From NCBI GenBank assembly GCA_963837955.1, contig CAWIPH010000002.1:2464001-2528000 (forward strand): DNA of 64,000 nt. The letters are read 5' to 3'. The notes beneath the pieces are model-generated. The model did no database searches. It was not told the origin of the DNA and saw only the letters and a program-made list of their open reading frames with translations. Position 1 is the stretch's first letter, and every line of letters begins with the position of its first letter. The stretch is from an uncultured Verrucomicrobiae bacterium (GTDB lineage Bacteria > Verrucomicrobiota > Verrucomicrobiia > Chthoniobacterales > JAFAMB01). The translations under genes and the position numbers were made by a program. Positions 47,705-58,015 of the stretch are shown here, piece by piece.

Positions 47705-47835
47705 ACACCAGCGAACGACAATGAACACCAGCGAACGACAATGAACACCAACGAACGACAATGAACACCAGCGAACGACAATGAGCACAGCTGGCGTTCG
47801 TTCTCGTTCGCTGACGTTCGTTGGTGTTCATTGTC
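47671..47835. repeat. Expanded decamer tandem repeat (12 units, GCGAACGACA/ATGAACACCA) plus an inverted arm
   Basis: Direct reading of 47671-47790; the complementary arm gttcgttctcgttcgctgacgttcgttggtgttcattgtc follows. Contains the Tm-1-like gene's stop codon. Confidence 0.95.
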
Positions 47836-47842
47836 CTTTGCT

Positions 47843-48676
47843 ATGGGATTTACGCGTAAACAAGTTCTGGAACGGCTGAAAAAAATTGTCTCGGAAGGGC
47901 GTCCGATTATTGGAGGTGGAGCTGGCACTGGTATTTCGGCAAAGTTTGAAGAAGCCGGAGGGGTCGACCTGATTATTATCTATAATAGCGGCCGGTACCG
48001 TATGGCCGGGCGTGGCTCTCTGTCTGGCCTGATGCCTTATGGCGCCGCGAATGCGATCGTCATGGAGATGGCAAGCGAAGTCCTGACAATTGTGAAGGAC
48101 ACACCGGTCCTGGCCGGTGTTTGCGGAACCGATCCCTTTCGTCAGATGCCCCTGTTTCTCAAGGAAGTGATGGATGCCGGTTTCTCGGGAGTACAGAATT
48201 TCCCGACCGTTGGTCTCATCGACGGATTGTTCCGGCAAAACCTGGAAGAAACCGGTATGGGATATGGTCTGGAGATCGACATGATCCGTCTGGCCCATGA
48301 AATGGATTTGCTGACTACGCCGTACTGTTTTAACGAGGACGATGCAGAGGCGATGGCCCGAGCGGGCGCGGACATTGTTGTCGCGCATCTCGGGCTCACT
48401 ACCAAAGGATCTATCGGCGCGACTACTGCCGTCACTCTGGAAAACGCGCCGGCGAAGGTTCAAGAAATCGCCGACGCCGCAAAAAAGGTGAACCGCGAAG
48501 TATTTGTCCTCTGTCACGGTGGGCCTATCTCGGAGCCATCCGATGCGGAGTATGTCCTCAATCGGACTGAGGGAATCCATGGATTCTACGGCGCCTCGAG
48601 TATGGAGCGGCTGCCTGTGGAAAAAGCGATCACCGAGACAATGAAAGCTTACAAGTCAATTAAGCTTAAGAAGTAA
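47843..48676 (+). CDS. TIM-barrel signal transduction / PEP hydrolase-family protein
   Basis: [63 protein letters not shown]. Probable start is ATG 47843. Confidence 0.92.
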   Translation: MGFTRKQVLERLKKIVSEGRPIIGGGAGTGISAKFEEAGGVDLIIIYNSGRYRMAGRGSLSGLMPYGAANAIVMEMASEVLTIVKDTPVLAGVCGTDPFRQMPLFLKEVMDAGFSGVQNFPTVGLIDGLFRQNLEETGMGYGLEIDMIRLAHEMDLLTTPYCFNEDDAEAMARAGADIVVAHLGLTTKGSIGATTAVTLENAPAKVQEIADAAKKVNREVFVLCHGGPISEPSDAEYVLNRTEGIHGFYGASSMERLPVEKAITETMKAYKSIKLKK

Positions 48677-48764
48677 CTGATCGGAAGGGCAGGGCGCACA
48701 CGCGTATGAAGACGCGAGATAGCGGGTGCCGGACACGAAAGCCGCAAACTCACGCGCCATCTAT

Positions 48765-49442
48765 TTATGCTAAGCGATCCGGTGCTAGATACTTTGGTTG
48801 CTCTGCTGCGTGACCCAGGAACCACTCGCTGGCTAATTGCGCCACTCGGTCCAGCGCCCCGGGTTCTTCGAAGAGATGTGTGGCCCCGGGGATAATTTCC
48901 AATTTCACTTCGCAGCGCATCTGTTGCTGAGCCTGTTTATTGAGTTCAAGCACGACCTTGTCGTGACCGCCTACGATGAACAGCGTTGGCGCTTGCACCC
49001 GAGCCAACGCGTCGCCTGCGAGGTCTGGCCTTCCACCACGTGAAACCACCGCACCGATATCGTGCGGCCGCTCGGCGGCAGCGACAAGCGCTGCGGCCCC
49101 TCCGGTGCTCGAACCGAAATAGCCGATCCGAAGGCCGCGTGTCTGCTTCTGATCGAGGATCCATTGAGTTGCGTGGACAAGCCGCTCGGCCAGCAGACCG
49201 ATATTGAACCGATATCGTGCTGTGTGAATGTCCTCTGTTTCCTCTTCGGATGTGAGCAGATCGAATAGCAATGTGGCCAGACCTGCCTGGTTGAGCACAT
49301 CCGCAACGAATTGATTGCGCGGACTGTGACGACTACTGCCGCTGCCGTGCGCAAAGAGAACGATTATCATGGCTCCTTCGGGCACTATCAGGCTACCTGC
49401 AAGAGAGACCATGCCGGCAGGGATTTTAACTTCTGTTTTCAC
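48765..49442 (-). CDS. Dienelactone-hydrolase-like alpha/beta hydrolase
   Basis: LFAHGSGSSRHSPRN, nucleophile elbow GSSTG, VSRGGRPDLA, IVGGHD, GATHLFEEPG. Confidence 0.92.
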   Translation of the reverse strand: MKTEVKIPAGMVSLAGSLIVPEGAMIIVLFAHGSGSSRHSPRNQFVADVLNQAGLATLLFDLLTSEEETEDIHTARYRFNIGLLAERLVHATQWILDQKQTRGLRIGYFGSSTGGAAALVAAAERPHDIGAVVSRGGRPDLAGDALARVQAPTLFIVGGHDKVVLELNKQAQQQMRCEVKLEIIPGATHLFEEPGALDRVAQLASEWFLGHAAEQPKYLAPDRLA

Positions 49443-49444
49443 CG

Positions 49445-50767
49445 TTACAGGGCACTCGGATAGGTTTCAGGCAATTCGGATCGTTCCCACTCTGCATTGC
49501 GCTCAAGCGGTTCAAGCGCGTGGGTTTCATCCAAGTGGATAACCGCATCGAACTGTTCCGCTAATCGGGCATGGAAATAGTGACTCAGCCGCTCTGTTTC
49601 GGGCCGGTAGATCACCCCAATGGCGCGCTCCAGCCGCGTTTCGCGAAGTAACGCTGCGTTCGCCTGCCGGAGATCGAGCCAGAAACATGGGATAGCCACC
49701 GCATGGAACAGTTTTTCATAGCTGTCATTCAAGGCCGGACGCACGCGCTTGCATTCGGCCGGCTCATCCCAGTTGGAGGCAGCTGTTACCGTTCCCGAAT
49801 AAGTGGTGAAGCCGATCAGCATCGCCCGCCGGCCGAAACGCTCCCGCACCCGCTGGCCGACATTCAGCTCGCCAGACTCGCTCATTTCCGTCGCCCGAGC
49901 GTCACCCAGGTGAGAATTGTGTGCCCAGACCACTACTTTCGCACGGCCACTATCGAGGTGTGATATTATCTCGTTCAGCGTTTCAAACATGTGCTCGTCG
50001 CGCAGATTCCAGGACGAAGCTCGCCCGCGAAACATCGCGCGGTGATAGCGCTCGGCGTTCACAATTAGCCTGGCATTCTGTTCGGCGGAAAAGAACTCTT
50101 CTTCGGCAACGCGTCCGTCGCGACTGATCAATTCCGCGTGTTTGCGGCGCAGGTCCACTAGCTGCTGGACAACCGCGTCTTCGCAAGGCTCTATCCCTTT
50201 GACTGTCGTAGCGAAGCCATAGTTCTGAGGATCTGTGCCAAAGTGATCAAAACAGGAGTACCGATAACGTGCGCGACGCGCGGCCTCAGGATCGTTTTTG
50301 TCGAGGTACTCCAGCACTGCTTGAATCGACGCGTGCAGGCTATAGAGGTCCATACCATAAAATCCGGCGAGGTCTCGCCCCGAGCGGTTCCACGCGCGCA
50401 GCCATTCGACAAATTCCACGACGACGGTATTTCGCCACATCCAGGTCGGAAAACGCCGGAAGCCGCCCAGGGCGCCGGCCGGGTCGATCTCGTCTGCACG
50501 TCCGGTAACGTAGCGGTGGACATGGAAACTGTCTGGCCAGTCTGCCTCGACCGCGACCGCGCGAAATCCTTGTTCATCGATTAAACGCTGGGTGATCGCT
50601 GAGCGCGTGGCGTAGAACTCATGGGTGCCATGCGTTGCTTCGCCAATTAAAACGACCTGCGCCTTTCCAGCCATCTCGACGAGGGGGTCGTAATCGCTGG
50701 GAGAGGAAATAGTATTCGCGTCTGCCCGAATGATCGCGGCGTCATGATCCACGATTTGCCTGCTCAT
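49445..50767 (-). CDS. Erythromycin esterase family protein (Rv2030c C-terminal-like)
   Basis: IGEATHGTHEFY, VEADWPD, FPTWMWRN, WNLRDEHM, VWAHNSHLGDARAT, RAIGVIYRP. Confidence 0.93.
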   Translation of the reverse strand: MSRQIVDHDAAIIRADANTISSPSDYDPLVEMAGKAQVVLIGEATHGTHEFYATRSAITQRLIDEQGFRAVAVEADWPDSFHVHRYVTGRADEIDPAGALGGFRRFPTWMWRNTVVVEFVEWLRAWNRSGRDLAGFYGMDLYSLHASIQAVLEYLDKNDPEAARRARYRYSCFDHFGTDPQNYGFATTVKGIEPCEDAVVQQLVDLRRKHAELISRDGRVAEEEFFSAEQNARLIVNAERYHRAMFRGRASSWNLRDEHMFETLNEIISHLDSGRAKVVVWAHNSHLGDARATEMSESGELNVGQRVRERFGRRAMLIGFTTYSGTVTAASNWDEPAECKRVRPALNDSYEKLFHAVAIPCFWLDLRQANAALLRETRLERAIGVIYRPETERLSHYFHARLAEQFDAVIHLDETHALEPLERNAEWERSELPETYPSAL

Positions 50768-51000
50768 CCCGCACTTTCCTATTCTAAGGATCTCTTAATC
50801 TGTCCCCTCCACCGCACGACAGAATCATAAAGCAACGGCACCTGGGTTCGCTTCGTCAATCTTGGCCAAGTCTTTTCCCATTTTGTCGCAGAACCGCACT
50901 TCGGCTTGTACGCTGGTTGAGAGATGAGAACTTAAGGAGAGAAAATGGACCGAAGATGTCAGGAAGCTTGTGCTCTGCGAAAGGGACAGGTGAATCTCTG

Positions 51001-51681
51001 ATGATTGCGTTTCGCGATCGCGCTGAAGCTGGGCGGATCCTGGCTGAAAAACTGCGACACTATGCGAATAACCCAAATGCCGTCGTGTTGGCTCTGCCCA
51101 GAGGCGGTGTTCTTGTTGCCTATCAGGTCGCCCAAGCTCTGGGACTTCCGCTGGATGTATTTGTGGTACGGAAGCTCGGCCTGCCTGGTCACGAGGAACT
51201 TGCGATAGGCGCTATCGCTTCAGGAGGTGTCCGCGTTTTGAACGCAGATATTCTCTCCCAAATCCCGAATCCTGAGCGGGCTATCGCTGAGGTGACGGCC
51301 AAGGAAATCCAGGAGTTGCAGCGGCGTGAGGCACTCTATCGCGGTGAACGGCCTCCGGTCGATCTTCGGAACAAAATCGTCATACTCGTGGATGACAGAG
51401 CGGCAACCGGTGCGACGATGAAGGCGGCGGTCGTGGCCTTGCGCGAGCGTGGCGTAGCGAAGATTGTGACCGCCGTACCTGTCGGGGCACCGGATACCTG
51501 CGACGAGCTCCGCAACCTCGCGGATGAGTCGATCTGCGCAATCGAGCCACAGTGGTTCCGTGCTGTCGGGCAGTTCTATGCAGACTTTTCTCAAACGACA
51601 AACGAGGAAGTGAGAGAACTACTTGCTCGCGCACAAAGCGAGCTGAATCAGAGAGTTCGGCGTGTGAGAGGTGATTGGTGA
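51001..51681 (+). CDS. Phosphoribosyltransferase-like protein (Rv2030c/Rv0571c N-terminal-like)
   Basis: FRDRAEAG, LALPRGG, VRKLGLPGHEELAIGA, ILVDDRAATGAT, AVGQFY. Start is ATG 51001. Confidence 0.9.
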   Translation: MIAFRDRAEAGRILAEKLRHYANNPNAVVLALPRGGVLVAYQVAQALGLPLDVFVVRKLGLPGHEELAIGAIASGGVRVLNADILSQIPNPERAIAEVTAKEIQELQRREALYRGERPPVDLRNKIVILVDDRAATGATMKAAVVALRERGVAKIVTAVPVGAPDTCDELRNLADESICAIEPQWFRAVGQFYADFSQTTNEEVRELLARAQSELNQRVRRVRGDW

Positions 51682-51812
51682 TTTGTGAATGGTGAATGCC
51701 TATCGGGAAATTCCACGACAAGGCGTTGACCGTAGGATCGATGTTTAAACCTTCACCAGGAGTCATCCGGAGTCGCCAAGCATTTTCAGAAACCTCTCTC
51801 CAATGAGCGTTT

Positions 51813-53612
<1,800 letters not shown>

Positions 53613-54011
53613 TTATTACGCCGACCCGCAACGCCGGCGCACTGCGCAAAATAAATGCAAAGCCATTGGTTCGGCGCGAACAGAATAAAGTAGGTCGCCA
53701 ATCTCAACGATCGATAGAGAAGGAACCACCGGGATCCGAAGAAGCTCTCCAGGTAAATTTCGATGCGGTGCGTGGTTAGTTTTTTGGACCTACGCAACAT
53801 TGATTCCTCAGCCGTTCTGCCTAAGCCTAAGACTCAAAATGCCTCCGCCCAACTGAAGACTCGAAACGCTCAGGACGCGGAGACTCCACACGCCAGACCA
53901 TTCAGACACGCTCTCAATAAACCTGTGCACGCCCACGCCGGTTTGTCGCAGTGACAGACGAGAGCTCCCCGAAGAGATGCCAGTAGGCGGCCGAGAATCG
54001 ACCGAACTGCG

Positions 54012-54141
54012 TGTCCTCAATCGGCGTGAGAGAGTCCACGGATTCTACGACTCTTCGAGTATGGAGCGATTGCCCCGGGAAGGACCAATTAGCGAGACAA
54101 TGAAAGCTGACAAAGCGACTAAGCTAAGGAGGGAAACTGAC
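54012..54141 (+). pseudogene. Decayed copy of the 3' end of the TIM-barrel gene (48552-48680)
   Basis: VLNRRERVHGFYDSSSMERLPREGPISETMKADKATKLRR vs [43 protein letters not shown] similarity runs to aactga past the original stop. Confidence 0.88.
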
Positions 54142-54219
54142 TACCAAGATTCTGAACAGAAACTCGTGTCTGGAATGGTCACCAAAAACTGCGGCCACCG
54201 GCAGGGTGGCCGCAGCAAG

Positions 54220-54441
54220 TCACACCTCGTGATTCGTTATGTGGTGGCGCTCAAGGTCGCTTTTTGCCGTTTCGATAGCATCATCCATCGTCTTCGATCT
54301 TTTGCTGGTCGAACCGCCGATGTTGCATTCATGACAATTCCATGTACCCCACATCACCCCGGTTTCACTCTCCTCGACGTGAATTGTATACCGAACCCCA
54401 CCTTTTGCGTAATCATGCCGGTGAATTTCTTTGGATATCAT
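54220..54441 (-). CDS. Small putative zinc-binding protein (73 aa)
   Basis: Strong SD AAGGAGG 5 nt before ATG; WNCHEC ... HHITNH. Confidence 0.7.
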   Translation of the reverse strand: MISKEIHRHDYAKGGVRYTIHVEESETGVMWGTWNCHECNIGGSTSKRSKTMDDAIETAKSDLERHHITNHEV

Positions 54442-54585
54442 GCGGACCTCCTTCCGTCAGCTAATTTGCGCCCAAGAGGACAGAGGAGCAAACGCGCAAA
54501 CGATTTTCGATTCGCTTGGTCAGTAGGGCCAAGCTCAACGGCGTTGGCGTTCGTTCTCGTTCGCTGGTATCCGCTGTCGGAGGAC

Positions 54586-54740
54586 TCATGGGTCCCATAG
54601 GACTTATGGGTCACATATGACTTATGAGTCCCATACTTCATGCAAACCAGAAGGGGGTAGGGCTCGGTATTCAGGCCGAGCCTCTACCCCCAACTTCCAG
54701 CTGCTTCCAACCTCTGATCCGAAACTTCTAAACTCTTGCG
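54586..54740. repeat. Mixed repeat cluster: 18-bp tandem (ATGGGTCCCATAGGACTT x ~3), GTAG palindrome and heptamer run
   Basis: 54588-54635 tandem; ggggtagggctcgg...ccgagcctctacccc at 54654-54690; cttccaac/cttctaaa run related to 12485-12525 (reverse complement). Confidence 0.65.
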
Positions 54741-55711
54741 CGTTGACGTGTATTTGTCGCAGTAACCGACGGAAGTTCACCGAAGAGCTCACGATAAATG
54801 GCGGAGAATCGGCCAAAATGGAAAAAACCCCAGCGTACCGCCACATCGCTTACGCGAACATCTTCAACTTCGTCTTTGAGAAGGTCCTGTCTTGCTGCGT
54901 TTAAGCGAGCTATCTGAGACCAGGCGCGAGGCGAAATACCATATGCTTCCTTGAAAAGCATTTCGATGCTGCGTTCGCTCATCCTGGTTGCAGTACACAA
55001 TCCGCGGCTGCTGAAAGGACTATCCATGTTGTCCCTAAGGAATTCTTCAGCCCGCCGCATGGCGGCAAAGCGGTAGCCGGCAAAATTTTGCCGAGTTCTA
55101 CCCGCAGGAGCGTCTGTGCTAGCCAGACTCCGGACAAATTCGTTGACTATTTCTTCGCAAAGGCTTCCTGCTGCTGGCCCATTGAGTGTTCCGGATCCGG
55201 CCAAATCGGACAGGGCCACTTCGATCACCGACGAAAGGTTAGTCGCCTGGTCTTGAGCTTTGAAACTGACCGTCCCGCGTTCGGGCAATCCCAAGGGTTG
55301 CCCGGTCAGAATTGTCGAAACCTCTTGCAATTCGCGACGGTCGACTAAAAGCGCCTGCCAAGACGTTCTTGGAGCATTTCTAAATTGCAGCTCGGCTCCC
55401 TCGGTGAAACAAAGGATCTCTCCTTTGCCGACGCTGAACCCGTTGCACCAGGCTGGCTTTTCCGTCCGGGGCGTGAAACCCAGACAAATTTGGTCCGGGG
55501 AAAACTGCCCATTTACAGCGAACGCCGGCGAATAGTCACCACAATCCAAGGAAGATTTTCCGAAAACAACCCGCCGGTGTCGAACTTCGAAGCTGCCGCC
55601 TTCCAACAATCGATGATCGAAACGACCGTCTCGAATCACTTCGAGAAGATTATGTGGATCAAAAGTTTCGATCCGCCGGTCAATAAATCCACACTGATCG
55701 ATCGTCTCCAT
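54728..55711 (-). CDS. AraC family transcriptional regulator (EutR-like)
   Basis: C-terminal HTHs SERSIEMLFKEAYGISP and VSDVAVRWGFFHFGRFSAIYRELFGELPS. Confidence 0.93.
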   Translation of the reverse strand: METIDQCGFIDRRIETFDPHNLLEVIRDGRFDHRLLEGGSFEVRHRRVVFGKSSLDCGDYSPAFAVNGQFSPDQICLGFTPRTEKPAWCNGFSVGKGEILCFTEGAELQFRNAPRTSWQALLVDRRELQEVSTILTGQPLGLPERGTVSFKAQDQATNLSSVIEVALSDLAGSGTLNGPAAGSLCEEIVNEFVRSLASTDAPAGRTRQNFAGYRFAAMRRAEEFLRDNMDSPFSSRGLCTATRMSERSIEMLFKEAYGISPRAWSQIARLNAARQDLLKDEVEDVRVSDVAVRWGFFHFGRFSAIYRELFGELPSVTATNTRQRARV

Positions 55712-55842
55712 GAAGTCATCTCCGAAAAGTTGCGACTCGCCGATGAAAAATTATGGAGATAATAGGGGATATATTGAGGTTAGCGCAATTGTTCTCTGTC
55801 CTTTTAGTCAAATAGATTGCCAACAGTCGTAGCCTAACCCGC

Positions 55843-56286
55843 CTATACCCGGGCAACTGACTCCGGAGAACGGGCGATGATTGACGCGGCAGAGACGCTC
55901 CTGGCCAGGGGGGCTATTCCGTCCAAAGTCTGGGTGATCGAAATGAGTAATTCGATAGGACTGAACGGCTTGGAGAGATGATAGGCAAACCCAGCTTTCC
56001 GTGTCATGGCCCCAAGATCTGGATCGCGAACGCCGGTTACGACAATGACCGGGACATTGCCACCGTTGTCCTTGCCCAAGAACCTGATGTCACGCAAAAG
56101 GTCGAACCCGTCTCGAGCCGGCATGTTCAGATCTACTATGACGATATCGGGCCGGACGCAGTTTACTGCGCTTACTGCTTCAAACGCATCCTGGCAGAGT
56201 GTTACAGATGCGCCGAAGCGAAGTAAGCATCGGCCCACGACTTCTCGGACCTCAGGATCATCGTCTACAATCACCGCTTTAATCAT
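55843..56286 (-). CDS. Stand-alone response regulator receiver protein
   Basis: IVDDD, phosphoacceptor VDLNMP, DGF, VVTG, LSKP. Alternative start 56307. Confidence 0.9.
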   Translation of the reverse strand: MIKAVIVDDDPEVREVVGRCLLRFGASVTLCQDAFEAVSAVNCVRPDIVIVDLNMPARDGFDLLRDIRFLGKDNGGNVPVIVVTGVRDPDLGAMTRKAGFAYHLSKPFSPIELLISITQTLDGIAPLARSVSAASIIARSPESVARV

Positions 56287-56644
56287 TGATAAGCATCCGT
56301 TTTCCATATAGATGTCGGCCCACGCGCCCGACTCCGTTCGCTCAACAGCGGAGCAGGGCTGCTGAGTCGATCGAGGGCTGCTGAGTTAAGGGAGGACCCT
56401 AGCTATAAGTTGGTGCTCGCGCTATCCACTTTCCGCAAATTTATAGAAATTTTCGTAGTTATATGTCGATAAGTGGCTTTATCCGCGGAATTTGCGACAA
56501 CTGAGCGCGCATTGCGTCTCAATTACGCGAGAAAAACGAGCCCAAGGACAGGTCGAAAACTGACGTGTCACGGGGCTCCGATTCGTTCACGACACGTCCA
56601 TTAGTATGCCTGGCAAGAGACGGCTTTTGGTCATTGGCCGCGCG

Positions 56645-56694
56645 TTGACACTTGACAACGTCTGGGAGGTGCATATACACCCGTGTACATACAC
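56645..56694 (+). promoter_or_regulatory. Promoter with tandem MarR-type operators
   Basis: TTGACA at 56645 and 56652; near-palindromes GTGCATATACAC (56669-56680) and GTGTACATACAC (56683-56694) upstream of a membrane protein-MarR operon. Confidence 0.65.
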
Positions 56695-56705
56695 TATATT
56701 CCCTT

Positions 56706-57476
56706 ATGAGCTCTTCCCCCTTTCTTATTCTCACGATCGTAGGAACCAATGCCCTTATCACCATAATCCTTTTGTGGGGGATAAGGCGTGCTCTGCTCGC
56801 TGCCGGCAGGTCGTCGGCCGATGTCCGTCGTATCGTCTCGACGTTCGGTTCAGTGCTTTTTGGGTGGTTCGCCATTGCGCTTTCGCTGGGTTTGCTTGGT
56901 GTCTTCGGCCCCGCTCGCGGGCCAATCCCTTATATCGCGCTCGCCATTAGCGTGCCGATCGCTGTAGGCGCGCTTCTTTTAAGCGGGTCCAAACAAGTCC
57001 GGGAAATCCTGGGTGCCACACCCCAGAGTTGGCTCGTCGGATTTCAATTCTTTCGAGTGGTGGGCGCAACCTTCCTTGTCCTGTACGCAGCTGGCCGGCT
57101 GCCCGGAATCTTTGCGATTCCGGCAGGAGCCGGAGATGTCTTCATCGGATTGACTGCGCTGTTCGTCGCCGCCAGTTACGCGCAACGCCGCGAGAAAAGC
57201 GATTGGTTAGTCCAGCTGTGGAACTGGGTGGGCATTAGTGATCTCGTCATCGCCGTGGCGACCGGCTTCCTGAGCTCGCCATCGCCTTTCCAGATCTTTT
57301 CGCTGGACGCGCCGAATATCCTGATCGGCTCCTTCCCTCTGGTGATGATCCCGATTTATGCGGTTCCAATCGCAATTGTGCTGCATTTGGCATCTCTGAT
57401 GAAACTGCGCCAGGAGCGACGCGCCAGGTACGGCTGTGATGTAACTGGCCAAACACCGGAGCACGTTCATCCTTGA
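56706..57476 (+). CDS. Multi-pass membrane protein of unknown function
   Basis: About 7 hydrophobic segments; FQFFRVVGATF, FAIPAGAGD, WNWVGISDL, FPLVMIP. Probable start is ATG 56706. Confidence 0.8.
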   Translation: MSSSPFLILTIVGTNALITIILLWGIRRALLAAGRSSADVRRIVSTFGSVLFGWFAIALSLGLLGVFGPARGPIPYIALAISVPIAVGALLLSGSKQVREILGATPQSWLVGFQFFRVVGATFLVLYAAGRLPGIFAIPAGAGDVFIGLTALFVAASYAQRREKSDWLVQLWNWVGISDLVIAVATGFLSSPSPFQIFSLDAPNILIGSFPLVMIPIYAVPIAIVLHLASLMKLRQERRARYGCDVTGQTPEHVHP

Positions 57477-57509
57477 CCAACGCTCTGGGTGTCGAGTGTG
57501 TTTGTACGA

Positions 57510-57950
57510 ATGTCGAAAGAACGATCTGTAACTGAACAGGAGGCAGCGACAACTTGCGCCTGTCAGAAAGTGCGCATGGCCGCAAGGGCAGTGACCCGAG
57601 CCTACGACCAAGCCCTGCGGCCCGCTGCCCTGCGAAGCACACAATTCACCATCCTGGTCGCAGCCAGCTTCGCGGGCGGCATTCCATTGCATCAGCTGGC
57701 TGACGCGCTGGGCCTGGACAGGACGACGTTAACCCGAAACCTTGCGGCTCTTCAGCGGGATGGGTTGATTCAGGTCGCCAATGTAAACGGCCGCACTCGC
57801 AATGTCCTAATACAGCCCGTAGGCGCTGCGCGCCTGAAGCAGGCTCTCCCGCTTTGGCATCAGGCCCAGCAAACGCTTCGCCGCAAACTTGGTGAGAAGA
57901 ACTGGGCCGAGACGCACCAGAGTCTGGCGAGGCTGGCAGAAGTGGCCTGA
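57510..57950 (+). CDS. MarR family transcriptional regulator
   Basis: CAC..RMAARAVTRAYDQAL, TQFTIL, LADALGLDRTTLTRNL, ALPLW..AQ. Confidence 0.92.
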   Translation: MSKERSVTEQEAATTCACQKVRMAARAVTRAYDQALRPAALRSTQFTILVAASFAGGIPLHQLADALGLDRTTLTRNLAALQRDGLIQVANVNGRTRNVLIQPVGAARLKQALPLWHQAQQTLRRKLGEKNWAETHQSLARLAEVA

Positions 57951-58015
57951 CCATTCGGTATCAAATATTACGAAGTTTCCCCAGTCACGGCTAAGAAGTG
58001 GGACTAGTTCGATCG

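Noticed and set aside
47671..47835. CRISPR or coding repeat (ORFs 47177-47788, 47518-47928, 47637-47831)
   Set aside because: A pure 10/20-bp tandem repeat without spacers; the ORFs are antisense to real genes and read the repeat.
49445..50767. Macrolide resistance gene ereA/ereB
   Set aside because: The sequence and the PRTase/hydrolase context match the widespread Rv2030c-like subgroup, not the mobile Ere enzymes.
53977..54600. 207-aa ORF as a real gene
   Set aside because: Only its first ~50 codons are a relic of the TIM-barrel gene. The rest is antisense to the better supported 54220-54441 gene and runs into repeats.
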